Source: Octopus vulgaris
Lineage: Eukaryota
Direction: 5' to 3'
Assembly (NCBI GenBank): GCA_951406725.2
Contig: OX597824.1
Span: 11,036,001-11,100,000, forward strand
DNA length: 64,000 nucleotides
The notes below the pieces were generated by a model. It saw only the letters and a list, made by a program, of their open reading frames with translations. It searched no databases and was not told the origin of the DNA. The position numbers and the translations under genes were made by a program. This document shows, in pieces, positions 26,926-40,164 of this stretch; positions within the stretch are counted from its first letter, which is position 1, and each line of letters opens with the position of its first letter.

Positions 26926-27246
26926 GGATAGCGGAATTGTGTGTGTGATTCATAAAAGTAATTCTTTTGCTTTTATATTCCAGTTAATATATCCGACCAT
27001 CTTAAAAAAAAAACCCGAATATATTGGATAACGTAATGCTGGATAAACTTTGTCTAAAAGATGAAAAAGGACTGGATTGTTATGATTGGAATGTCTTTTG
27101 ATCATTGCTGACCTGGGCTTTAAAAAAAAAAACACGTACTCCTCATACCAAAATAGACTGAGCCGTTGGGAATCTTGGTCACAGATATTGTATCCTACCG
27201 GTAATGGGATATGAACCATTGAACTTTTCAAATTGTCCGGTACCCC
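26464..27246. mobile_element. MITE with ~80-bp near-perfect TIRs and TA TSD, containing a nested hAT-like MITE (~26558-26795)
   Basis: 26464-26542 is the reverse complement of 27167-27246; TA on both flanks. Confidence 0.8.
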
Positions 27247-27362
27247 TATCCATTAGGCCATCCATAGATGTCAGTGTTTGGTATTAGCATAAATAATATC
27301 TTGTTCAAGGTGCTGCTTCTCAGACGTTGATCTTAGATGACTAAACGGAAAAATATGAATAT

Positions 27363-27394
<32 letters not shown>

Positions 27395-27834
27395 TGTATG
27401 TATGTATGTATGTATGTATGTATGTATGTATGTATGTATGTTGAACATGAATTAGATAAATTTACAATAGCGTAAGTCACGGGGATAAAAACCCTTTGGA
27501 CAGAAAAGTGAAAGGTTACTCAATATTTATACACTATTATTTACAGATTTATGTACTTCAAGTTCAACAGTTGAAAAAAATGAATTATATATAAATGCAG
27601 ATAAATTCCTCTATTTACATAATATTGAGGTCTCTTTCATTCTTTTGTTGTCTTGCCATATCTATCAATATATATATATATGAAAGGAAAAAGAAATATA
27701 TATATATATATATAATATAATTCGAGACAAAACCACTATTTTATATTAAAATTTTATATAATATTTTACTATAAAATTGGATTTAACCCTAAATCTGATT
27801 TTTCCCTGTAATTTTGGATTCATTCCCTAATATT

Positions 27835-27869
<35 letters not shown>

Positions 27870-27874
<5 letters not shown>

Positions 27875-28240
27875 TTCTATATTTAAGAGATGCGGAATTA
27901 TGTACATTATTTACATTTGATGAAATATTTGTCCTCCTCTAGTTTGTAGTTAACACGTTTCTTTATCAGGTGTCTTGGGGAAATATCGAACCTGGGTTCT
28001 CATTCCTAAGGTATGCTAGTACACAACAACCTCCTAAGCAGACCGAATGCATACATGGGTAGCATATGAGAACCTGTATTAAAGAAGGATAATAATCATA
28101 ACAACAACAACAACAACACTGAAAAATACCTTGGGAATGAGAACCCAGGTGTGAAATTTCCTCGAGACACCCAATGAAGCCGAAACGTTGTGTTAACAAC
28201 TATCAAGATGGGGACAAATCACTGTCAAATGTAAATAATA
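27870..28240. mobile_element. Inverted pair of Penelope-like pseudo-LTR fragments with degenerate hammerhead cores
   Basis: 27907-28014 is the reverse complement of 28126-28240; the arms read CCTGATAAA-GAAACGTGTT and CCAATGAAGCC-GAAACGTTGTGTT. Confidence 0.5.
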
Positions 28241-29204
28241 TAATATATATATATATAAAATTAATACGCCAACTTTTTGTTTTTGTACGTACGTACCTGT
28301 GGTGTGTGTCACACTTACTTCAAAGGAAGAAGTGAGTAGCAAAGGGAGAGAGGGGAGTACAAAGAAGTGAGAGAGAAAGAGAAAGATAGAGAAAGAAAGT
28401 GAGAGAGTAAGAGAGACAGTGATTGGTGACTGCGTTCGTTTTGCGTTTTCAAATGTTTATCAATATTTTCAGAGTAGACTGATACATACATCGCAAGAAA
28501 AGTACATACATAGATCGAATGAAAAGTTGATGCATAGATACATACACACATTGTCAAATTAAAAGTGGGAGAGAGGAGGGACACAGAGGAAGTGAGAGAG
28601 AAAGAGAGAAAGTGAGAGAAACAGTAGATACATAGATCAGAAGAAAAATTGAAACATAGATACATAGACACATTGTTAAATCAAAGACAAATAACTACAA
28701 CAAATATTGGATGTCACTTTCACTTTTCATTACCACGCGAGGATAAAATTAACTCGCAAGTGGCTGAGTACTCCACAGACATATATGCTATTAACGTAGT
28801 TCTCAGAGAGATTTAGCCTCACACAGAATATGACAAGGTTAGTCCTTTTGACTTAAAGCTACAACTCATTTTGGTCGGCTGAGTGGACTGGGGCAAGATA
28901 AACCTTGAAGTTGTTGGAAGAAAACGAAAAAAAGATAGGGGCAGGAAAATCTTTTTAGTCATTAGGGTCACTATGGTTGTTAATCCGGTCCTAACAGTGG
29001 CATTTGTGGGTCTCACATATCTGGAGACCAAGCCCTCCGATAAACATCGATGCACAGGCTGTGTTCTCAAACTGAGTGCGAGTCGAGAGCAAATACACGA
29101 CGGAATAGCAATTATTTCATTTTACCTTTCACTGCTTATACTAAACACATGACAGTTTTGCCTTACATTATGGAATACTTCCTTTTCTTTCACTCTTTTT
29201 AAAA

Positions 29205-29523
29205 AATGGCACTCCATTGGTTACGAAGATGAGGTTCCTGTTTATCTGATCAACGGAACAATCTGCTCATAAAATTAATGCACAAGTGGCTGAGTACTCC
29301 ACAGACATGCATACCATAAGGTAGTTCTCAGGGAGATTCAGACTCACACAGAATGTGACAAGGCTGGCTCCTTTGAATTACAGCTACAACTCATTTTTGC
29401 CAGCTGAGTGGACTGCAGCAAATGAAGTAGAGTACCCTGCTCAAGAACACAGTGTGCCGCAGGAAATCGTATTCATGACTTTACAATCGTGGGCCGAATA
29501 CCCCAAGCCACTGAGCCACGCAC
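29205..29523 (-). mobile_element. SINE family D with tail type 2
   Basis: Homologous to 34400-34723. Confidence 0.8.
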
Positions 29524-30143
29524 TTTCACTCTCTTAACCGCAGAGAAAAGGAGTGAAGCGACAGAGACAGAGGAAGGAAAGTATCAGTTCTTTACAATGA
29601 CAATTAGACTGAGATACGATCGATCTTTTCTAGCTTCTTTACTTTTAACAATGAAGAAGAGGTAAAGACGTTTAGTAATGAATAGAGGGGAAAGTCTTCC
29701 AGGTGTTTACGTTTATATTCTGAGAGTCCTAGAACGACCGAGTGTTAGTACTCTCTTCTTTCCCCCACCTCCGGTACTTATTCGCCTTCTTTCATAGCTC
29801 TTTATGTCCATATAGGTAACAATTAATACAAATATATAATTATATAAATATAATTATAATAAGGGTACTAATGAGTTGTGCCACATGCTAGAAATAGATG
29901 CCAAATGGCTCTAAGAACTATTCACACACAGGTCTGAGTATGTGTGCATGCATACTTATGTGTATATGAGTTATATGTGAGCAGTGGGACAGGAAATCTT
30001 GGGAAGCCGAGTGTTTCCATCTACACAGCAGCCTACGTTGTCTGACAACCTATCCAACAGCTTGCAGGCGATCTTCCCAATGTTTGATACTATTAAAAGT
30101 GGAATAATTCTCATCACACGACTACATCTTTATTAAAGGCAGC

Positions 30144-30563
30144 GGATCTTTTTGGTTTGAACGGCAGTTTTTTCTAGTGGTGTCATATGAAATTGTCACC
30201 CATAATTATGACCCTAGTATCGATCTATTGCATTTCAATCTGTTTTAGGGTTAGGGTTAGGGGTGGGGGGAAGGGTATCTTTTTTTCTTCACAAATGTAA
30301 ATAAAACCAATCTGTTTCTTAAACGAGGGACATATTCATACGGCACAGAATGGTTTTTACCTAATGGACATTATTGATTGGTTGAAATTGCAGAAATTGA
30401 AGGAAAAAAACAACAACAAATATCTTACAAACTATAGAATTTTCTCAATAAAGCCAAGAGAAAAATATATTTTATAAACACATTCTACCAGTATACGAAG
30501 TTTAAAAGTGTTTAGTTACGTGGAAATTATTTTAAAAAACTGCCAGTCAAACCGAAAAGATCG
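30144..30563. mobile_element. Short Merlin-like MITE (second subfamily) with internal TTAGGG repeats
   Basis: ~28-bp TIRs GGATCTTTT.GGTTTGAACGGCAGTTTT; flanks AAAGGCAGC/AAAGGCAGT; sister copy at 39428-39854. Confidence 0.85.
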
Positions 30564-31312
30564 AAAGGCAGTAAATACACAAATGATCCTTTTAAATGTC
30601 AGTTGCTGTACTATTTAGGTTTGATCAACAGTCCCCCCTTCTCTTATTGCCCTTGACACTCCTACCCAATCAATTTACGTGCTCATCCATCACTAACATT
30701 CCACCTTCCAGATGCTAGCGATGTGTTCAATGAAGCATAAGAACTGAATCAATGGATTATTGATTTCGTTTGAATAAAAGGTACAAAAACTTTATATTAT
30801 AAGAAGAAAGGGTAAATGGGATACTGTAATGTCCTTGCCTTTCCCAATGGTATTAGTAGGGGTAATTGAAGTTAACTTGCATCTACCGCGAATCGAACTC
30901 GTGTCGCGGCAACGAATCACTAGGAAAACAGGTTTTCATTCACAATGCACGTCTTAATAAATGAATGAATTTATGATACAGCATATAAGAACACTCCGAC
31001 TGTTCCTCTCAGAAGTTATCAAATCAATACATGTTTGGCAATGATTACTATTCATCGTTTACTACTTTTCATTCTTGGATTTATGATGTAGAAAAGACAG
31101 AGAAAAGAAACTCGTGTTTGTTGTGGGGCAAGGGAATGCGGATTATCTATTTAAACTATGATTGCTTCACATCTCTTCCGTATTCATCCATCAGCTAAGT
31201 TCACTACAAATATATACAAAACATAGCCAGGTCGATTGTACAAAAAAGAGTGTAAGACTATTTGGTTCACAGATTGATTTTTTTTTCTCTTACGAAGCAA
31301 AGAGAATAAGCA

Positions 31313-31520
31313 AGGCAGCGAGCTTGCAGAATCATTAGCACACCGGGCGAAATGCTTAGCGGTATTTTGTCTGCCGCTACGTTCTGAGTTCAAATTCCGC
31401 CGAGGTCGACTTTGCCTTTCATCCTTTCGGGGTCAATAAATTAAGTACCAGTTGCGTACTGAGGTCAATCTAATCGACTAGCTCCCTTCCCAAAAATTTT
31501 GGGCGTAGTGCCTAGAGTAT
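31313..31520 (+). mobile_element. SINE family A variant (alternative tail)
   Basis: Head, B-box and core intact. Confidence 0.85.
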
Positions 31521-31869
31521 AAAATAATCTTTAGCACGTCGGACAAAATATGTAATATTATAATCTTCTGGTTTCAAACGAGTCATGTTTAAGAGCAACA
31601 ATAAATATGAAAACACAGGTTAAAATTGACGGTCATATTTATTTCTCCACAAAAAGAAGATTCCGCAAACTAGTACAACATGAATAATACTGTTAGCAAA
31701 AATCCATAGGTTCCTCGTACAGTTTGTACACATGATGAGGTGCATGAGAAAAGAAAGCATTGCGTCAAAGTCTTCTACTGACAAATTTCTCCTTTCTCAG
31801 TTAGCTTTGAGAAAATTCATTATAGTTGTCGGGTGGCTCAAAACTCACCACGCTTTTGCTAGTTTTGCA

Positions 31870-32392
31870 AGCAGTCTGATTGGATAACTTAAAGCATCCA
31901 ATCAGTACAAACGCATTTGGTCATGTGACCACTTGCAGAAAACACGCGTACAAGCCGATATTGTCCTATTTAAGTCTAAATAGTCAAAGGATCTTTTCTG
32001 ATTGGCTGCCAAGATTTAAAAAAATCAAAGTTTGTTGAAAAATTTAAAATTTGGTGCATTAATGTAGTTTTTCAAGCTGAATTGCTGGAGTTATTTCACT
32101 TTTTCCAGAAAAGTTTTTTAATTTTTTTTTTTTAAGTTATAGAGGCTTAAAGTTTGATCATTTTTACTTAGTCAGGAAACAGGACTTGGAAGCTGTCATT
32201 AGTTTGATAGTTGAGCTCTGATTGGTAGTCTGCAAATGAGTTCATAACTGGGATCCGGAACTCTCGTAGGAAAAAAACATTTCGCCTCCGGCCTACCAAA
32301 ATCAAGTCATATTCTCATCGACATTGTTCTGTTACTGAGTTACTTTGTTTTTCAATACATCTTTCATTTTCCCATCTCACTTCAAGGTAAAT
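31870..32392 (+). promoter_or_regulatory. Probable Pol II promoter, non-coding first exon and splice donor
   Basis: Four CCAAT boxes (31876-31885, 31896-31905, 31998-32005, 32218-32225), palindromic GGTCATGTGACC (31919-31930), CCGGAA (32255-32260), donor AAG|GTAAAT at 32386/32387; CpG depletion begins a few kb downstream. Confidence 0.5.
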
Positions 32393-32984
32393 GTCGCCTT
32401 CCACACGTAATAAAAACAAAAGTGAATAAATAAAAAAAAAACATTACTGAAATTAATAAACAAATTTGACACTTCTGCTGCTAAAGCCGAAAGAATGTCA
32501 TTTTACGAAAATACCATTTTAATTTTATGCTGTAAGAATGATAAATATTTAACTTGCGTTGGTTAAAAGTCCTTTTAATATCCAGAATTAGAAACTTTGG
32601 TTTTGCTTTGTTATACCTCCCAAGAAAAATAAATCTGAGAAATAGTGAAGTAAATTTTTTTGGTTTGAAAAACCTTCACTTTTTTCTATCGTTTTTGTTT
32701 ATTTAAACGTTTATAGCTGTTATTTCAGTTGTGTGTCGTTGCATTTGACAAGTATTTTCAAAATGCTGTTTTATTATTATTGGAGCTTAATTGAGATTAA
32801 GAAGATTGAGATAGTAATTATTATTTTATTTTAATTTAATTTGGGTGATTAGCGATTTCGAATGCCTAGACTTAGTGACCATGGTGAGCTGTCAACTACT
32901 TCAGGATATAAAAAAAAAACAACCTTAAGACAATATGACAATAAGCAACTGTGACTTCAATTAATCAACGATGTACTTGCAGAA

Positions 32985-33210
32985 GGCGGCGAGCTGGCAC
33001 ACCGGGCGAAATGCTTAGCAGTATTGTGTCTGTCGTTACGTTCTGAGTTCAAATTCCGCCGAGGTCGACTTTGCCTTTCATCCTTTCGGGGTCGATAAAT
33101 TAAGTACCAGTTACGCACTGGGGTTTCGATGTAATCGACTTAATCCCTTTGTCCCTTCTGTGTTTAGCCCCTCCTCTATGTTTAGCCCCTTGTGGGCAGT
33201 AAAGAAATAG
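32985..33210 (+). mobile_element. SINE family A, full length
   Basis: TSD ATGTACTTGCA on both sides. Confidence 0.9.
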
Positions 33211-33426
33211 GTATGTACTTGCATCAGCGCTTGTACACTCTCGCACAGCATTTAACAGTTTCTCTTGCTCTTTCACATGTAATATAACCTTTTTTTTTTA
33301 CACGTTTTTCTTTTTCTTTTTCGGATTATGCATACCTACGATTCGTGAGACGGGTGTAATGGTAAGAAGGACAATGCTTCGGTATTAGTACATGATGTCA
33401 GTCTTCTTCTTCTTCTTCTTCTTCTT

Positions 33427-33494
<68 letters not shown>

Positions 33495-34399
33495 TATTAT
33501 TATTATTATTATTATTTATTTTCTTGTACATGCCTGAGATGGGGGTGATGAGGGGGGGGGGAGCTCAACGATTCCATGAAAGGGACGATGGTCCAAAAAG
33601 TTTGGGGTCCCTTGTTTTAGTCGAACAAATCAACCCTAGTACTTATTTTTTAAGTCTGGTACTTTCTCGATTGATTTCATTTGCCGAACCACTAAGTTAC
33701 AGGAATGTAACCAAACCAATACCGGTTGTCAAGTGGTTGTGGGACACGTATACACACACACACACATACATGTTCGCATTCGTGTATGTATACACACTTA
33801 AGGCTTCGAAATAGTTTCCATCTACCAAATTTATTCACAAAGCATTGGTCAGCCCAGGGCTGTAGTAGACACTTGGCGCGTGTGTGTGTCTACTACAGCC
33901 CAGTGGTTAGGGCAGCGGACTCGCGGTCGTAGGATCGCGGTTTCGATTCCTAGACCGGGCGTTGTGAGTGTTTATTGAGCGAAAACACCTAAAGCTCCAC
34001 GAGGCTCCGGCAGGGATGGTGGTGAACCCTGCTGTACTCTTTGAAACAAAACAGACGACGACAACGATTCTAATAAACCAGTAATACCATGAAATGGAAC
34101 GTGGCCTTATTTCATTAACTTACTTTTTATTCACCAAAACTGGTTTTCTTAGCAGCTCCTCCCTCACCTCCAGCTTCTTTTTGTTATTAACAGGTGACAT
34201 TGAAAGAGTGAGAAGTATAAATGGGTGAGAGATGTGTATTTAATAAGGAAGAACCTTGCTTTTGTTGATAATTATTATTGTTTAAATAGAACGAATGCTG
34301 TATATGTAAACACACACACATACACTTAACGCAGATATACTGTTGAAAGCTTGGAACTGTGGGCTTTGTCTCGAGAAAGCATCTCGTATAGATGTACAA

Positions 34400-34723
34400 T
34401 GTGGGAGCACTCCGTCTGTTACGACGACGCGGGTCCAGCTGATATGATCAACAGAACAGCCTGCTCATGAAATTAACATGCAAGTGACCGAGCAATCCAC
34501 AGACACGCGTACCCCTAATGTAGTTCTCAGGGAGATTCAGCGTGACACAGAGTGTGACAAGGCTGGCCCTTTGAAATACAGGTAAAACTCATTTTTGCCA
34601 GCTGATTGGACTGGAGCAACGTGAAATAAAGTGTCTTGCTCAAGGACACAACGCGTCGCCGGAAATCGAACTCACGACCTTACAATCGTGAGCCGAATGC
34701 CATAACCACTAAGCCACGTGCCT
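34400..34723 (-). mobile_element. SINE family D with tail type 2
   Basis: tRNA-like head ending near 34723; tail shared with 36533-36715. Confidence 0.85.
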
Positions 34724-34801
34724 TCTCAATGTAATAAATAAATAAATAAATAAATATGTATGTATCAGCAGCGGACGAAAAGTGTTCAGTGGCGGTGGTG
34801 T

Positions 34802-35279
34802 TGTAGCGACACAAGCAGTCAGCGGCATATTGGATGAGATCTTGCGGTACCCATTGCCATCTCCGAGACTGGAGCGAGACCTCACTTGCAACCATTTGCC
34901 ATGCGCGAGATCACAACGATGCTCGCTATGGCAAACTGTATATAAGGGCAAAACAGAAACAGATTCATTCTCTCTCTCTCTGCTTCTACGTAGCAGCACT
35001 TGCTGAACACACTTCACTGGCTGGGCCTGTCTGCATGTTGTACCTCCAGAGGCAATGTGCCCGCACTAATGGAGATACAACATGACGTACCCAGCTTGAG
35101 ATAGTTGCTGAGAGCAACACACTTCACCTATTCTGTGAAACTTGTAAATAAACTGGTTGCAAACTGCATTTGTACTTAAAGACTTCTTTCTTTGCCTGCA
35201 AGAAGAACTACACGAAGAACAAGATATAATGGGAGAAGGCGATATTCTCCCAATATCGTAAACCTTGCCTTCCATTATA
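34802..35279 (+). mobile_element. Solo LTR (Gypsy-like)
   Basis: TGTAGCG...CATTATA imperfect inverted ends, 4-bp TSD GTGT (34798-34801 and 35280-35283), internal TATATAAG (~34939) and AATAAA (~35147). Confidence 0.65.
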
Positions 35280-35650
35280 GTGTTGTTGCTAAAAACGTAT
35301 TTCTGCTTCTTTGAGCATCATCAATAGCAAGTATCCACTAGCAACTGCGTGCTAAGACAAATTTAATCTCTTCTGATGTAGAAAAACAGTAATTAGCAAA
35401 TCAATGGTGTCGCAGTTAGCCGGCAGGTTGGATAAATTTCGATATTAGCGACGGGAGTAGTATGAATTCAAAAGTATAATAGACGAATACCGCAGTTTCC
35501 AGGTTTTCAGCAGTATATCTCTCTGCTCTTAATCATTTAATACAGAATGTCATTTTGAACTAATACTGCTTTCGGTATTAATAAAGAATATTGTGTGAAC
35601 GTGTGTGCGCGTGTGCGTTTTTGATTATCAGTTTGATGAGAGGGTAGTTT

Positions 35651-35839
35651 CACTAGCGCAACTGGGGGAAGGGGCGGTCCGCACCGGGCGGCACTTATGA
35701 AGGGGCGGCATTTTTAAAGGGGCGGCACTTTTCATCCTGTTGTAGTCTCTTGCTGTAAGCAATATGTGTTTTTCGTGGGGCCAGGGGAAAGAAAAAGGAA
35801 GGGTCGCCCCGGGCGGCACACATTCTAGCTACGATAGTA
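35651..35839. mobile_element. hAT-like MITE with GGGGCGGCA subterminal repeats
   Basis: Imperfect TIR CACTAGCGCAACTGG/CTAGCTACGATAGTA; 8-bp TSD GGTAGTTT. Confidence 0.75.
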
Positions 35840-36532
35840 GGTAGTTTGATACAGTTTTGCAGTCTTCAACTCTTTCAGGGTTTTACTAACGAACACAGTA
35901 TTCAATACAATCTAATTATATTTGTTTTATCGGCGATAAAAACTATTAAAAAGCGTAATAAAGACAACGTAAAAGGATAAAACAAAAATACAGCTTTTAT
36001 TTATTTATTTACTTTACTTTATTGCAAGAATTCCCATTAAAACACATCTGTCAAACTGCTGGCAAAAGTCTTTTGATTAACTGATAACGAACCCTGCGTT
36101 TGAGGAGGAGGCTAACGTTTAACTTCGCAAATATATAAGATGAATATATAAGATGTTGATATCAAAGAGAACCAACTCATTTCTCTTTCTCTGGTTGTTT
36201 GCCTGTGTTTATAATTACTGAACTTCTGACTCATTAATTTACATCCCGCTACAGGTGACATATCCTTAGGTACGACACACGTATCCATACTTGCTTAGTT
36301 TTTATTCCAAATTAGGTAAACTTTCCAAATACAATCGTTATCAAGACGAAAGCAATGTAACAAAAAGAAAAAAAAACAGCTGAGGGAAATTTATTAACAC
36401 ATTATAATAAATATATGTTAACACATCTCAGTTGAAAAAAAAAAGTTGATGTTTTAGTCATCTGTTAGTGTTGACATTTATGTAGCGTTATGTAGTGTTT
36501 TGGTTGTTTCATATTACCTCATAATGGTGGTG

Positions 36533-36915
36533 GAAGCACTCCGTCGGTTACGACGATGAGGGTTCCGGTTGATCCGAATCAACGGAACAGCCTGCTCGTG
36601 AAATTAACGTGTAAGTGGCTGAGCACTCCACAGACACGTGTACCCTTAACGTAGTTCTCGGGGATATTCAGCGTGACACAGTGTGTGAAAAGGCTGGTCC
36701 TTTAAAATACAGGTACAACAGAAACAGGAAGTAAGAGTGAGAGAAAGTTGTGGTGAAAGAGTACAGCAGGGATCACCACCATCCCCTGCCGGAGCCTCGT
36801 GGAGCTTTTAGGTGTTTTCGCTCAATAAACACTCACAACGCCAGGTCTGGGAATCGAAACCGCGATCCTATGACCGCGAGTCCGCTGCCCTAACCACTGG
36901 GCCATTGCGCCTCCA
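36533..36915 (-). mobile_element. SINE family C with tail type 2, full length
   Basis: tRNA-like head ending at 36915. Confidence 0.9.
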
Positions 36916-37384
36916 CACCTCATAGTACGTTGTACAGTTCACTGCCAGAAATCTCTAATTGTTCAGTGCATATTACAGTAATTTGTTGATTGTTAATAAA
37001 AACAGTAAAATATACAACTTGCATTTGAAAATAAATAGTGACAGCTATGAGATAATTGAATGCAGCACAATATCGCTTTCATCAGCTCATTTGGGGAGAT
37101 CTTTTTTTCAGCACCTTGTAAACATGCATATTGTTGTTATTTGAGGGGTTTTTTTGTCGGTTTTGTAACATATTTATTTTCCTTAACTCCTTTTCCTTTA
37201 AAATGCTGTTTTGCTATCATTTTTTTTTGCCGTCATTTAGTACAGGATGCCAAATATGATCTGATTGCAAACATATTCAACAATATTACGCCTACCTTGA
37301 ATATGAGGGCATATCTACAGATGTGTCCCACGTTTGACTCTGCTTCCTTATAACTTTCTATAAAATGGATATTTTAAAATATTT

Positions 37385-37970
37385 TCTGCGTGGTTGTATG
37401 GTAACAAGCTTGCTTCTCATCCACAGGGTTCAATCCCACTGATTGGCACCTTAAGGAGGGACATATTCATACAGCACAGAATGTTGTTTACCTCAATGGA
37501 CGTATTTGATTGGTTAAAATTGCCGAAATGCAAGAAATTAAAGACGAAATATGTTACAAACCATAGAATTTTCTCAATAAAGCCAAGAGAAAAAAATATT
37601 TTATAAACACATTCTACCAGTATACGAAGTTTAAAAATTTTTAGTTACCTAGAAATTATGTTAAAAGCTGCCGTTCAAACCGAAAAAATCCCAACTGTCT
37701 TCTACTATTGCCTCAGGCTGACCGTAAGCCTTGTGAATGGATTTGGTAGACGGAAACTGTATATGTTTATGTGTTTGTCTCCCCCCCCCTCTATTGCTTG
37801 ACGACCGATTATGGTGTGTTTATGTCCCTAAAACTTAGTGATTCGGCAAAAGAGACTGATAGAATAAGCACCAGGCTTACAATGAATAATTCATGGGGTT
37901 GATTTCTTCAGCTAAAGGCAGTGCTCCAGCATGGCTGCAATCAAATTACTGAAGTAAATAAAAATAGAAT
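37385..37970 (+). mobile_element. SINE B interrupted by the right half of a short Merlin-like MITE (~37457-37692)
   Basis: The MITE end CCGTTCAAACCGAAAAAATCC is followed by resumption of SINE B. Confidence 0.75.
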
Positions 37971-38159
37971 AAATCTGTTTTAGATTAGATAGCTTACAAA
38001 TGTAAGAGAAGTGGTGGCAATAATTCACTCACCTCATCAAAGAATATGAAGAAACAAAAAGTTGAGGTGTTTGAATTGCCCAATGCCATCCCCGTCTTTT
38101 TTTTTTTTTCTTTTTCACATCAAATTCCAACAAAATCATAATCTACTACACCTGGAATG

Positions 38160-38828
38160 TATTTACTCCTTTGCTGTTTCAGTCATCAGACTGTGGCCAT
38201 GCTGGGGCACCGACTTGAATTTTTAGTTGAATGAATTGACCCCAGTACTTATATATTTTTAAGCCTGGTAATTATTCTATAGGTTCCTTTTGCCGAACCA
38301 CTAAGTTACAGGGACATGAACACACCAGCACCAGTTGTCAAGCGATGTTGGTGGGGGGGGGACAAACACAGAACAAAAACACACAGATATATATATATAA
38401 TGGTGTAATAAAGTATTGATTGGGTATCATCTGATGGTTGATGTTTGATTGATTTAAGTATGTTTCTCCATTTTCTAATTTTGTATATATATATATATAT
38501 ATATATATAATGACAGGCTTCTTTCAGTTTCTGCCAACCAAATCTACTCACAAGGCATCGTTACCAGCGTCGCCTTACTGGCACCTGTGCTGGTGGCATG
38601 TATAAAAAGATTCAAGCAAGGTCATTGCCAGTACTGCCTGACTGGCCCCCGTGCTGGTGGCACGTAAATAGCACCCACTACACTCTCAGAGTGGTTGGCA
38701 TTAGGAAGGGCATCCAGCTGTAGAAACTCTGCCAGATCAAGACTGGAACCTGGTGCAGCCATCTGGTTCGCCAGCCCTCAGTCAAAATTGTTCAACCCAT
38801 GGAAAGTGGACGTAAAATGATGATGATC
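38160..38828. mobile_element. SINE B (minus, 38160-38555) followed by an RTE 3' end (plus, 38556-38828)
   Basis: Homology to other copies in the window; (TGA)n tail. Confidence 0.8.
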
Positions 38829-39427
38829 CATTTTTCAAAAAGTTATGAGGAAATGAATTGAGATATGTGAATTGTTATATATATATATATATAACTGAAA
38901 AATTTCTGACAGAAGTGTGCATGCTGTGTAAAGTGCCTTAAAAGAGGCCTAGTGTATCTGGCATTGTGGTCATGTACATTAGCTGTGGGTAAACAAGAGG
39001 ACAAAGTGTGACATGCTAGCACACTGAAATAGATAGACAAACTTTCTCTGTGTATATTATGACCGACCTGGGATCTTACAGAGGTAAGTTGTGTGTGGAA
39101 ACAAGGGCACAGATAGCATGATGAGACATCTGATGTGGGTTAATTCCTGCAAAGAAGATGAGCAGGCACAAATCTGATAAAACAAAGCAGTTAGGGCACA
39201 ATATTGAGGTGCATGTATGTAACCGAGTGTAGATATGCAGACATGTGTGCATGAACATTGAATAGTGCAGCAAAAGTTAACTGATCTGTGAAACATCGCA
39301 AACATTTATGAACAAACATGTAGCAAAGAAATCATGCAATTGAATGAAGTGTTCAATACATGTGCATGAAAAATTGAGCATGCAGCCAAAGGGACAAATA
39401 AATTATAAAAAGTATGGAACATACATA

Positions 39428-39854
39428 GGATCTTTTCGGTTTGAACGGCAGTTTTTTCTAGCAGTGTCATATGAAATTGTCACCCATAATTATGACCCTA
39501 GTATTGATCTATTGCATTTCAATCTGTTTTAGGGTTAGTTAGGGTTAGGGTTAGGGGTGGGGGGAAGGATATCTTTTTTTCTTCACAAATGTAAATAAAC
39601 CCAATCTGTTTCTTAAACGAGGGACATATTCATACGGCACAGAATGTTTTTAACCTCAATAGATGTTAATGATTGGTTGAAATTGCAGAAATTGAAGAAA
39701 AAAACCAACAAATCTCTTATAAACTATAGAATTTTCTCAATAAAGCCAAGAGGAAAAGATGTTTTATAAACACATTCTACCAGTAAACGAAGTTTAAAAT
39801 TTTTTAGTTACCGAGAAATTATGTTAAAAACTGCCGTTCAAACCGAAAAGATCC
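39428..39854. mobile_element. Short Merlin-like MITE with TTAGGG repeats
   Basis: TIR GGATCTTTTCGGTTTGAACGGCAGTTTT / AAAACTGCCGTTCAAACCGAAAAGATCC; TSD CATACATA/CATAGATA. Confidence 0.9.
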
Positions 39855-40131
39855 CATAGATATTTTCTTCCTCTCTAAGGTGCAATAGTAGGAGAAAGGG
39901 AAATTGAAGAATGAAGTAACTTCTAAGAAGGGAGTGTGAAAGGTGTAATTGTGCTAGATGAGGCAGAGCAAAAAATTGAAAGGAGGCATGAAGGAAGGAG
40001 GGAACAGAAAGAAAGGGATGATACAATGAAGGGAAGATAGAAAGAGGGTCAATTGAAAGGAGAGAGTAAAAAAGGAAATAATGGGAGAAGAAAAGTCTCG
40101 TGTGCACTAGCACACATGTACTCTGAGTGTG

Positions 40132-40164
<33 letters not shown>

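Noticed and set aside
36845-36915. tRNA gene
   Set aside because: A tRNA-like head continuous with a SINE body and present in several copies; not an independent tRNA.
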